Below are positions 1 to 7,145 of a stretch of 34,253 bases of DNA, in pieces (within the stretch, counting starts at the first letter, position 1; every line of letters starts with the position of its first letter). The translations under genes were made by a program, and so were the position numbers. Under the pieces are notes generated by a model, which worked only from the letters and a program-made list of their open reading frames with translations, searched no databases and was not told the origin of the DNA. The DNA comes from Oscillospiraceae bacterium (GTDB lineage Bacteria; Bacillota; Clostridia; Oscillospirales; Oscillospiraceae), in NCBI GenBank assembly GCA_016286595.1, contig JAEETR010000194.1:1-34253 (forward strand), given 5' to 3'.

Positions 1-241
1 ATACTGAGTTATGTGCGAGGCCGCTCTCACGCATCTGAACAATGAACTCATCAAGCGCCTCCTGCGTCAGCGCCGCGACGGGTTGGTCCATATCAAGGAA
101 GTTCGACATCGAGTGAAAATGCCGTCTGTAATTGCGCGCCGTGACCTCTTTCACGCCTCTTGCCTTCTTATAGATTACAAACTCTTCTATCGCCTCATTT
201 ATGCTGATTTTCTTCGGTTTTTTCATTCTTATCTTTTCCAT
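1..241 (-). CDS. tyrosine recombinase / phage-type integrase, N-terminal part only (gene runs off the left edge)
   Basis: Absent from the ORF track because it is open at the window edge. Hand translation of the minus strand from ATG (complement of 239-241) gives MEKIRMKKPKKISINEAIEEFVIYKKARGVKEVTARNYRRHFHSMSNFLDMDQPVAALTQEALDEFIVQMRESGLAHNSV... with no stop down to position 1. The pattern matches the SAM-like N-terminal core-binding domain of Firmicute tyrosine integrases. It sits directly 3' of a tRNA operon in locally AT-richer DNA. Confidence 0.7.
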   Translation of the reverse strand, partial: MEKIRMKKPKKISINEAIEEFVIYKKARGVKEVTARNYRRHFHSMSNFLDMDQPVAALTQEALDEFIVQMRESGLAHNSV

Positions 242-300
242 TTTTAGGGCGTATGCCTCCCATATAATTATTGAAGAAAGCATACGCCCTAACGGAAGAA

Positions 301-343
301 AAAACGAACAGCAAAACCCCCGAAAACTAAGCGTCTTCGGGGG
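301..343 (-). terminator. intrinsic terminator of the tRNA Met-Glu-Val operon
   Basis: Stem CCCCCGAA (317-324) / TTCGGGGG (336-343) with an 11-nt loop. On the minus strand it is followed by TTTTGCTGTTCGTTTT. Confidence 0.75.
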
Positions 344-346
344 TCG

Positions 347-423
347 TGGTGGAGACTGCGCGACTCGAACGCGCGACCTCATGCGTGTGAAGCATGCGCT
401 CTAACCGGCTGAGCTAAGCCTCC
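347..423 (-). tRNA. tRNA-Val (anticodon CAC)
   Basis: Reverse complement GGAGGCTTAGCTCAGCCGGTTAGAGCGCATGCTTCACACGCATGAGGTCGCGCGTTCGAGTCGCGCAGTCTCCACCA folds as a 77-nt cloverleaf. Anticodon loop is TTCACAC, T-loop is TTCGAGT, and CCA is encoded. Confidence 0.93.
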
Positions 424-426
424 GTA

Positions 427-501
427 TGGTGACCCGGACGAGAATCGAACTCGTGATACCGCCGTGAAAGGGCGGTGTCTTAACCTCTTGACCACCGGGC
501 C
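427..501 (-). tRNA. tRNA-Glu (anticodon UUC)
   Basis: Reverse complement GGCCCGGTGGTCAAGAGGTTAAGACACCGCCCTTTCACGGCGGTATCACGAGTTCGATTCTCGTCCGGGTCACCA is 75 nt. Anticodon loop is CTTTCAC. It closely parallels the Bacillus-type tRNA-Glu layout and encodes CCA. Confidence 0.92.
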
Positions 502-560
502 GGGTCCATAAGCCTTGTCGTGAAACGCTCGGCCTGTCCAGTGGACAGGCCGGTCGTCAC

Positions 561-637
561 TGGTAGCGGCGACTGGATTCGAACCGGTGACACCGCGGGT
601 ATGAACCGCGTGCTCTAGCCAACTGAGCTACGCCGCC
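561..637 (-). tRNA. tRNA-Met, elongator type (anticodon CAU)
   Basis: Reverse complement GGCGGCGTAGCTCAGTTGGCTAGAGCACGCGGTTCATACCCGCGGTGTCACCGGTTCGAATCCAGTCGCCGCTACCA is 77 nt. Anticodon loop is TTCATAC. There is no C1:A72 mismatch and no GGG/CCC anticodon stem, so it is not the initiator. Lysidine-modified Ile2 cannot be fully excluded. One C:A mismatch occurs in the T stem (51:63). Confidence 0.85.
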
Positions 638-655
638 TCATGCAGGGCAAGGGAT

Positions 656-684
656 ATTATACTTAAAAGGCAAATTGTTGTCAA
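656..684 (-). promoter_or_regulatory. SigA-type promoter of the tRNA operon
   Basis: Minus strand reads TTGACA (679-684), a 17-nt spacer, then TATAAT (656-661). Both hexamers are perfect consensus, about 19 nt upstream of the tRNA-Met 5' end. Confidence 0.85.
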
Positions 685-763
685 GCATTTTTCTTGACCG
701 CTTTTCCCTGTCACGGGGACAAAGGTGCCGGGAATATACTGAAAGAAAAAGGTGGTGAAAAGT

Positions 764-1462
764 ATGCTCCCGTCATTCCTGCTGTCCCTTCTGTGGGCGC
801 CGCTTCTGATGCTGCGGCTGCAGAGCCCCTCCTCCTTCCCCAGGCCGCTGTCCGCCGCGGAGGAGGCGGAATACCTCAGCCGTCTCGCCGCCGGCGACGG
901 GGAGGCCCGGGCGGTGCTGATCGAACGGAACCTGCGGCTGGTGGCCCACATCATCAAAAAATACTACACCTCCGCCGCAGACGCGGACGATCTTCTGTCC
1001 ATCGGCACCATCGGCCTTATAAAGGGCGTGTCCACCTACCGCGCCGACAAGGGGGTGCGGCTGGCTACGTACTGCTCCCGCTGCATCGAAAACGAGATAC
1101 TCATGTACTTCCGCTCCCGCCGCAAAAGCGCGGGCGACGTGCTGCTGTCGGACGTTATCGAGACGGACAAGGAGGGCAACGGCATATCGCTGATGGACGT
1201 CATCAGCGTGGAGGACGACGTGCTGGAGGATCTGGCGGGCGCCGAAGCCCGCGCAAGGCTCACGGGGTACGTGTCGAGCCGTCTGACGCCCCGGGAGGAG
1301 CGGATAATCCGCATGCGCTACGGGGTGGGCGGCGGCGCGCCCATGACGCAGAAGGATGCGGCCGGAGTGCTGGGCATTTCCCGCTCCTACGTGTCCCGTA
1401 TAGAAAAACGGGCCCTTGAAAAGCTGCGGGCGGCCTTCGAGGAGGACGACGCGCTGCCGTGA
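764..1462 (+). CDS. sigK: sporulation sigma factor K precursor (pro-sigma-K), uninterrupted
   Basis: Frame of track ORF 752-1462. Motifs match B. subtilis SigK closely: FPRPLSAAEEAEYL, LIERNLRLVAHIIKKY, DLLSIGTIGLIKG, LATYCSRCIENEILMYFR, DKEGNGISLMDV, GISRSYVSRIEKRAL. The hydrophobic N-terminal pro-sequence is present. ATG 764 is preferred (AAAGGTGG RBS at 748-755); GTG 752 is an alternative. Confidence 0.9.
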   Translation: MLPSFLLSLLWAPLLMLRLQSPSSFPRPLSAAEEAEYLSRLAAGDGEARAVLIERNLRLVAHIIKKYYTSAADADDLLSIGTIGLIKGVSTYRADKGVRLATYCSRCIENEILMYFRSRRKSAGDVLLSDVIETDKEGNGISLMDVISVEDDVLEDLAGAEARARLTGYVSSRLTPREERIIRMRYGVGGGAPMTQKDAAGVLGISRSYVSRIEKRALEKLRAAFEEDDALP

Positions 1463-1468
1463 CGGGCG

Positions 1469-1497
1469 TTGTGCTTTCCCGGCAAACGGTATATAAT
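1469..1497 (+). promoter_or_regulatory. candidate SigA promoter for the nitroreductase gene
   Basis: TTGTGC (1469-1474), 17-nt spacer, TATAAT (1492-1497). A GGGAGG RBS lies 8 nt before ATG 1527. Confidence 0.5.
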
Positions 1498-1526
1498 TAT
1501 ACAAAATTCACCGGGAGGTATGAAAC

Positions 1527-2117
1527 ATGGACGCACTTGAGCTGATAAAGACCCGCAGGAGCACGCGGAAGTTCGCCGCAAAGCCGGTGGAGGAGGAGAA
1601 GCTCTCCGCCGTCATCGAGGCCGGGCGATACGCCCCCAGCGGCGGCAACAGCCAGACCACCCGCCTTATAGTGGTGCGGGACAGGGCCGTTATGGCAAAG
1701 CTGGCCGCCGCGGTGAAGGAGCAGTTTTCCGCAATGGAGGTCACGCCGGGGATGTACCGGTCCATGGCCTCGGCCATACGGGCGTCCAAGGGTGACAGAT
1801 ACGTCTTCCACTACGACGCGCCGGTGCTGATCATCACCGCCAACAAACAGAGCTATTCCAACAATATCGCCGACTGCGCCTGCGTGCTGGAGAACATGAT
1901 GATAATGGCCAACGCCCTTGATCTGGGCAGCTGCTGGATCAATCAGCTGAAATGGCTCCGGGACAACGAGGCGGTGCTTGACGTGCTGCGTCCCCTGGGA
2001 CTTGAGGACGACGAGAGGGTCTACGGCGCCCTGGCGCTGGGGTATGCCGACACCCCCGACGGTCTTCCCAACAGGACTCCCCTGCCCCGCACCGGCAATC
2101 CCGTGACGATGGTGTGA
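1527..2117 (+). CDS. nitroreductase family protein (FMN-dependent)
   Basis: N-terminus ELIKTRRSTRKF...V...KL..VIEAGRYAPSGGNSQ is the classic nitroreductase-fold signature. Later motifs ADCACVLENMMIMANALDLGSCWI fit the same family. Confidence 0.85.
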   Translation: MDALELIKTRRSTRKFAAKPVEEEKLSAVIEAGRYAPSGGNSQTTRLIVVRDRAVMAKLAAAVKEQFSAMEVTPGMYRSMASAIRASKGDRYVFHYDAPVLIITANKQSYSNNIADCACVLENMMIMANALDLGSCWINQLKWLRDNEAVLDVLRPLGLEDDERVYGALALGYADTPDGLPNRTPLPRTGNPVTMV

Positions 2118-2316
2118 AGGCTCCCCGGCGGGGGGCGGAACGGCCCTGCGCAGGGGAAAAATCCCACAAAAACAATATGCAGAAATGTGCAACCCGACAT
2201 AATATTATATTGCGAAAAAAAGCATGGCAAAACCGTACCGAATGGGGTAAAATAACACTGGTGTTTTTTGTAGTATTCTTACGAAATACTAAATTTCTGA
2301 ATGGAGGAAAATCGCA

Positions 2317-3162
2317 ATGCTTGTTTCAATGAAGGAAATCCTTGATCGCGCCAGCACCGAGAACTACGGTGTTGCCGCCCCCAACGTCAGCAACTCTCTC
2401 GACGTCAACGCCGCTATCGAGGCCGCCGAGGAGCTGAAGGCCCCCCTGATCCTTGACGTTATGTGGAACGACGATATGTTCGGCCGCCCCAACAAGGGTG
2501 TCCGTGACTTCGCCAACTGGGTCCGCACCGTCTGCGAGAAGGCTTCCGTCCCCATAGCCATCAACGAGGACCATGGCCCCAGCTTCAACGCTGCTGTCCA
2601 GAACATCAAGAACGGCGTTACCTCCGTCATGGTCGACCGTTCCTCCCTCCCCTTTGAGGAGAACGTCGCCCAGGTTTCCGAGATCGTCAAGGTCGCTCAC
2701 GCTGCCGGCATCTCCGTCGAGGCCGAGCTGGGCCACGTCGGTCAGGCTGACAACTATGAGCACGATCGTGACGCTGCTCTGACCGCTCCCGAGGATGCCG
2801 TCCGCTACATCCAGGCCACCGGCGTTGACTGCCTGGCCGTCGCCATCGGCACCGCTCACGGCGCTTATCCCGAGGGCTTCGTCCCCACCATCGACTTCGA
2901 CCGTCTGGCCGCCATCAAGGCTGCCGTCGGCAACTTCCCCCTGGTCCTGCACGGCTCCTCCGGCACCAGCAACGAGGACCTGTACAAGGTCTGCCGCATG
3001 GGCATCAACAAGATCAACATCAACACCGACCTGCAGGCTGCGGGTGCTGCCGCTGTCAAGGCCGGCGGCCGCGGCGGCGTGTGGCGTCTTGCTCAGCAGG
3101 GCTGGAAGAACAAGCTCCTTGAGATGATCAAGATCTACGGCTCTGACGGCAAGGCCTGGTAA
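2317..3162 (+). CDS. class II (metal-dependent) fructose/ketose-bisphosphate aldolase family protein
   Basis: Motifs NEDHG, EAELGHVG, AIGTAHGAY, LVLHGSSG and GINKININTD match class II aldolases. GGAGG lies 9 nt before the ATG. Codon choice is very strongly biased (GCC/GTC/ATC/CTG/AAG), suggesting high expression. Confidence 0.8.
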   Translation: MLVSMKEILDRASTENYGVAAPNVSNSLDVNAAIEAAEELKAPLILDVMWNDDMFGRPNKGVRDFANWVRTVCEKASVPIAINEDHGPSFNAAVQNIKNGVTSVMVDRSSLPFEENVAQVSEIVKVAHAAGISVEAELGHVGQADNYEHDRDAALTAPEDAVRYIQATGVDCLAVAIGTAHGAYPEGFVPTIDFDRLAAIKAAVGNFPLVLHGSSGTSNEDLYKVCRMGINKININTDLQAAGAAAVKAGGRGGVWRLAQQGWKNKLLEMIKIYGSDGKAW

Positions 3163-3196
3163 TCGGACCTTACTCATCCTGCCAATCGCTTATAAA

Positions 3197-3230
3197 GGGA
3201 GGCGCTTCGTGCGCCTCCCTTTTCTTTTTC
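3197..3230 (+). terminator. intrinsic terminator after the aldolase gene
   Basis: GGGAGGCGC (3197-3205) / GCGCCTCCC (3211-3219) with a 5-nt loop, followed by TTTTCTTTTT. Confidence 0.85.
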
Positions 3231-3332
3231 CGTTTATTTCTGTGACTTTTTTTAACTTGTCAGGCCGATCAGCGGGTCGTATAATTTAACGTGACGGGTA
3301 CGTGCCCGATCCCCGAAAGGAAAAAAGCCGTA

Positions 3333-4955
3333 ATGAGAAAAACTCTCTCTTTAATATTGGTGATAGCCATCATTCTGTCGCTGTCCGTTCCAGTGTACGC
3401 CGCCACCGCCAACAGGTACGAGGCGCTGGCCGCCCTTTACGCCCTGGGTCTTATAGACTCGGTGCAGAATTTCGAGGGGCAGCGCTATCCCACCAGGTAT
3501 GAGGCGCTGGCCATGCTGGTGCGGCTGCTGGGCAAGCGCGCCGAGGCGGAGAGCTGGAAGGGCGACATCCCCTTCATCGACGTGCCGGAAGGCAGCTGGG
3601 CCAGAGGCTACGTGGGCTGGGCCTATGAGAAAGGCCTCACCACCGGCTTTTCCGCAGGGATGTTCAGCGGCGGCGTCAGCACCGGCATCCGGGACATGCT
3701 CACCTACGTGCTGCGGGCGCTGGGCTATTCAGACAAGAACGGCGACTTTTCCTGGGCCGAATCCATCCCCTTTGCCGACAGCGTAGGCCTTACCCACGGC
3801 GAGTACAACAACTCCGCCCTTATCCTGCGCTATGACATGGCCATAATATGCTATACGGCGCTGTCACTGCCCATGAAGGGCACCGAAAAGCGCCTTATCG
3901 AAAAGCTTTACGAGGAAGGCGCCGTAAGCTACTCAGCCCTTGTCACCACGAGGCTGGCCCGCTTCGTCAACGTGGGAAAGCAGAAATACACCGCCGCGGA
4001 GATATATCAGCGCTCCTCCGGCGCCGTGTTCACCGTGTCCACCTTCCGTACCATCGAGGACAAGCGCGCCAACGTACCCGCCTCCACCGCCAGCGGGTTC
4101 TTCATCACGGCGGACGGCGTGGCGGTGATGAGCTACCACGGTCTTGACAATATGCCCTACGCCGCCGTCACCACCAACGACGGCCACACCTACGACGTGG
4201 TAAGCGTCCTTGACTACGACACCTACACCGATTACGCCGTGGTGCGGGTGACCCGGGCCGACTGGACCGGGGGCATGGTGGACTACTTCCCCTGGATCGA
4301 TATCGGCGATTCCGACGCCATCGGCGTCGGCGACAAGGTATATACCCTGTCCAGCCCCATCGGCATGTCCGACTGTATGTCCGACGGCATGATCTCCACC
4401 GTATCCCGCACGGCGGAGGACAAGGATTATCCTTATATTCAGAACACCGCCCCCATATCCCACGGCAGCAGCGGCGGTCCTCTCCTCAACGAGTACGGTG
4501 AGGCCATCGGCATCATCTACGGAAGCTTTACCAGCGGAGAGAGCATGTACCTGAGCGTGCCGATAAACGTGATATCTCACATAAATCTGCTGAATATCGG
4601 CTCCTCCTACGACGCCTTCCATCAGAAGCTGGCGGCTCAGAAGCTGGCCTCCACCCTGTCCGTATCCGAGACGGATCTGGTCATAAAAGAGGGTGAGACC
4701 GTCACCATAACCGTAACCGCCGACTACCCCGGCAACTACTCCGTGAGATACCGGGAGAGCAACCTGTATCCCCTGCTGTGCCGCTGGGTCGGCTTCACCT
4801 CCAAGCGCACCATCGACCTGGAGATCACCGGCGTGCAGCCCGGCACCTGCACGGTGACCATCAGCTACGAGATAGAGGACGCTCCCGCCCCGGAAGCCAC
4901 CGCCACCATAAACGTGATGGTCATAGAAAACCCCGACCTGCCCGACGAGGGCTGA
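3333..4955 (+). CDS. secreted multidomain serine protease: signal peptide, SLH-like repeats, trypsin-like (S1-type) peptidase domain, C-terminal Ig-like domain
   Basis: ATG 3333 (MRKTLSLILVIAIILSLSVPVYA|AT signal peptide) is preferred over track start GTG 3291. SLH-like motifs include FIDVPEGSWARGYVGWAYEKGLTTGFSAGMFS. The protease core has GSGFFITADGVAVMSYHG, DYAVVRV and the catalytic-serine motif SHGSSGGPLLN. The beta-rich tail VTITVTADYPG...CTVTISYE looks Ig-like. Confidence 0.75.
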   Translation: MRKTLSLILVIAIILSLSVPVYAATANRYEALAALYALGLIDSVQNFEGQRYPTRYEALAMLVRLLGKRAEAESWKGDIPFIDVPEGSWARGYVGWAYEKGLTTGFSAGMFSGGVSTGIRDMLTYVLRALGYSDKNGDFSWAESIPFADSVGLTHGEYNNSALILRYDMAIICYTALSLPMKGTEKRLIEKLYEEGAVSYSALVTTRLARFVNVGKQKYTAAEIYQRSSGAVFTVSTFRTIEDKRANVPASTASGFFITADGVAVMSYHGLDNMPYAAVTTNDGHTYDVVSVLDYDTYTDYAVVRVTRADWTGGMVDYFPWIDIGDSDAIGVGDKVYTLSSPIGMSDCMSDGMISTVSRTAEDKDYPYIQNTAPISHGSSGGPLLNEYGEAIGIIYGSFTSGESMYLSVPINVISHINLLNIGSSYDAFHQKLAAQKLASTLSVSETDLVIKEGETVTITVTADYPGNYSVRYRESNLYPLLCRWVGFTSKRTIDLEITGVQPGTCTVTISYEIEDAPAPEATATINVMVIENPDLPDEG

Positions 4956-4963
4956 CGTCATCC

Positions 4964-4996
4964 GCCCCGGAAGAAACTCTTCCGGGGCGTTTTCTG
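4964..4996 (+). terminator. intrinsic terminator after the protease gene
   Basis: CCCCGGAAG (4965-4973) / CTTCCGGGG (4979-4987), followed by CGTTTTCTGT. Confidence 0.8.
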
Positions 4997-5174
4997 TCGG
5001 CGCCTGTAAATATATAAATTCAGATGATCTCCGATTATTCTCCGAATATCCTGTTTTTTGCCCTCAACGGGCCGAAATATCCGTTTCCCGTTACAACTTG
5101 TAATCTATTGTTGTTGCACCGGGGCGGCCGGTGTTATAAAATGAGATATCCTGTCGGGATCATGAGGTATCGCA

Positions 5175-5810
5175 GTGAAAAGAGCAGTTACAAATATAAT
5201 ATGCGTTCTGGTCGGCGTGATACTGGGCGTCGCCGGACTTTTCTCCCTGCTGCGCTTCACTCCCGCGGGGGAAAAGATGATGCCCGGCGAGGACGTGGTC
5301 ACCATATCCCATGATGCCGGAAGCGACGAGCTGACGATGCTGGCCTTCCAGGTGGCAGGCTGCATCCAGCGGGGCGATTACGCTGACCTGGCCGCCTTCG
5401 TCCACCCGGATTACGGCGTGGTCATATCCCCTTACGCCACGGTGAACCTGTCCTCCAACAAGTGCTTTACGCCCAACCAGGTGTCGGGTTTCGGGCGGGA
5501 GAAAACGGTCTATATCTGGGGCGTCACCGACGTCGTGGGCGAGCCCATCGAGATGAAGCCCTCGGATTACTTCAAACAGTACGTGGCCGACAGGGACTAC
5601 ACCAAAGCCCCCATGGTGGGCGTGGACACGGTGGTGCGCTCCGGCAACGCCATGGAGAACGTTATGACCGTGTTCCCGGACGCCCGTTTCGTGGACCTGA
5701 ACTACCCCGGGGACGATTCCTCCGGCTGGGCAACGCTGCGGCTGGTGTTCGAGGAGTACGAAGGCCATCTGATGCTCACCGCCATCATCCACTCAGAGGC
5801 CAGGATGTAA
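5175..5810 (+). CDS. hypothetical protein with N-terminal membrane anchor
   Basis: GTG start with GAGG 8 nt upstream. The N-terminal TM/signal-anchor is NIICVLVGVILGVAGLFSLL. GC3-biased codon usage is consistent with coding. I recognise no family. Confidence 0.6.
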   Translation: MKRAVTNIICVLVGVILGVAGLFSLLRFTPAGEKMMPGEDVVTISHDAGSDELTMLAFQVAGCIQRGDYADLAAFVHPDYGVVISPYATVNLSSNKCFTPNQVSGFGREKTVYIWGVTDVVGEPIEMKPSDYFKQYVADRDYTKAPMVGVDTVVRSGNAMENVMTVFPDARFVDLNYPGDDSSGWATLRLVFEEYEGHLMLTAIIHSEARM

Positions 5811-5816
5811 AACGAC

Positions 5817-5858
5817 AAAAAACGCCGAAGCTCACGGCTCCGGCGTTTTTCTTTTTTT
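5817..5858 (+). terminator. intrinsic terminator
   Basis: ACGCCG-AGC / GCT-CGGCGT imperfect stem (5822-5846), followed by TTTTTCTTTTTTT. Confidence 0.7.
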
Positions 5859-5977
5859 ACGCAAAAAACCGTCTTTTTCCTCCGTTAAGCGTAATAATAG
5901 CGGCGCCGCGGCAGATAATATATCCCGAACGCGGTTTGCCGCGTGAAAAGAAATCAACGCTCCATGGAGGACGAAGG

Positions 5978-6358
5978 ATGAAAAAGCTTACGTGCGCGGC
6001 GCTGGCCGCCGTGCTGGCACTGTGCCTGGCGGGATGCGCCATGGACGCGGACCCCACCGACAACACCCGGGACGGCGTCATCGGAGGCGACGGCGAGGGC
6101 GGTCTCATGCAGGATATGAAGGACGGCGCCGGCGACCTGAAGCGGGACGCGGAGGACGCGGGCCGCGGGTTGAGAGACGACCTGACCGGCGGGAAGGACG
6201 GCGTTGACAACGACCTTGACACCCGCACCGTGGAGGAGATGCAGCGGGAGGACCTGGAATCCAGCCGCATGAACTACTCTCTGAGCCGTCAGCCCGGCAC
6301 CACCGTCAACGATCTTGAGAAAAGCACCGGCGCAGGGGCCGGCGACGAAAACGCCTGA
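5978..6358 (+). CDS. small acidic Gly/Asp-rich lipoprotein
   Basis: Internal ATG 5978 of track ORF 5462-6358 is preceded by GGAGGACGAAGG. MKKLTCAALAAVLALCLAGC carries a lipobox (LAGC). The remainder is low-complexity D/G/R-rich. The long upstream extension overlaps the previous gene and its terminator. Confidence 0.7.
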   Translation: MKKLTCAALAAVLALCLAGCAMDADPTDNTRDGVIGGDGEGGLMQDMKDGAGDLKRDAEDAGRGLRDDLTGGKDGVDNDLDTRTVEEMQREDLESSRMNYSLSRQPGTTVNDLEKSTGAGAGDENA

Positions 6359-6360
6359 AG

Positions 6361-6397
6361 CAAAAAACGCCCCGGAAGGCAGTCCTTCCGGAGCGTT
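6361..6397. terminator. bidirectional terminator between convergent genes
   Basis: CCGGAAGG (6372-6379) / CCTTCCGG (6384-6391). An A-run lies upstream on the plus strand, giving GCGTTTTTTGC on the minus strand, so it serves ribU best. Confidence 0.7.
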
Positions 6398-6409
6398 TAC
6401 ATAGTCTTT

Positions 6410-7135
6410 TTACTCTTTGCCCTCGGCTCGGCGGGCTTTGCCGGAGTCGGCCTTGTGCAGTATGGGCGAGATGCGCTTGTAGAGCAGGAACGTTATGGCC
6501 GACACCACCACGCCCTTCACGAGATTGAAGGGCACCACCGCGAACAGCACCAGTGTAGATACACTGGTGATATGGCTGTTGACCTTGGTGCCCATGCCGA
6601 TAATGGCCTCCATAGGCATTCCGAAGAGGGCGGCGAACTTGGGCAGCAGATAAACCGCATTGAAGGCGCTGCCGAACACCGTCATAATAAGGGTGCCGAT
6701 GGCCATGCCGATGAGGGCGCTTTTTTTGCCGGGTCTTGCGTGGTAGTACACGCTGGCGGGCAGCACGAAGGAACAGCCCACCACGAAGTTGGCGAAGTCG
6801 CCCACGAAGGCGGTGCTGGTGCCCTTGATGAGCAGCTTCACCGTCACCTTCAGCAGCTCCGCCGCCGCGCCGGCCACGGGGCCAAGGTAGAACGTGCAGA
6901 TGAGCACCGGTATCTCGCTCAGATCGATCTTATAGAAGGACGGGGCGAAGAAAAGGGGTATCTCCACCAGCATCAGCACGCCCGCCAGCGTGGCGAACAC
7001 GGCGGTATACGTCATGTAGTGGGTGTCGGACAGTTTTTTTCTGTCCTTCACCAGGAACTTCTCCGCCAGCCATGCCGCGGCGAAGATGGCCGCGATGGTG
7101 GCTATGCATGCCAGTACGAACTTCAGGTTTTCCAT
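6410..7135 (-). CDS. ribU: ECF transporter S component, riboflavin-specific (RibU-type)
   Basis: Polytopic membrane protein with ECF S-component features (DLSEIPVLICTFYLGPVAG..., FNLVKG). Substrate is assigned from the FMN riboswitch immediately upstream. ATG 7135 (GGAGG at 7141-7145 on the minus strand) is preferred over track TTG 7147. Confidence 0.8.
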   Translation of the reverse strand: MENLKFVLACIATIAAIFAAAWLAEKFLVKDRKKLSDTHYMTYTAVFATLAGVLMLVEIPLFFAPSFYKIDLSEIPVLICTFYLGPVAGAAAELLKVTVKLLIKGTSTAFVGDFANFVVGCSFVLPASVYYHARPGKKSALIGMAIGTLIMTVFGSAFNAVYLLPKFAALFGMPMEAIIGMGTKVNSHITSVSTLVLFAVVPFNLVKGVVVSAITFLLYKRISPILHKADSGKARRAEGKE

Positions 7136-7145
7136 ATTTGCCTCC

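Noticed and set aside
11-404. Plus-strand ORFs 11-247 and 201-404 at the left edge
   Set aside because: The first is antisense to the integrase N-terminus, which has a far more protein-like translation. The second runs through a terminator and into tRNA-Val.
1-1462. Possibility that the integrase marks a skin-like element interrupting sigK
   Set aside because: sigK is a single continuous ORF with all sigma regions. It is separated from the integrase by a complete three-tRNA operon with its own promoter and terminator.
694-1504. ORFs 694-1419 (+) and 773-1504 (-) overlapping sigK
   Set aside because: Arg/Gly/Pro-rich nonsense translations. The 752/764 frame carries unmistakable SigK motifs.
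2190-2215. ATAATATTAT palindrome and cre-like TGCGAAAAAAAGCA upstream of the aldolase gene
   Set aside because: The palindrome is a trivial AT-rich sequence. The cre-like site lacks the central CG and symmetric arms of the CcpA consensus.
2326-3177. 283-aa minus-strand ORF opposite the aldolase gene. Similar long antisense ORFs occur at 3933-4961, 15353-16534, 22024-23016, 23492-24307, 27407-28789, 31847-32899 and 32593-33516.
   Set aside because: Each is the mirror frame of a gene with strong family motifs. Their translations are repetitive G/D/V/A/H-rich strings without RBS or motifs. They are GC-bias artefacts.
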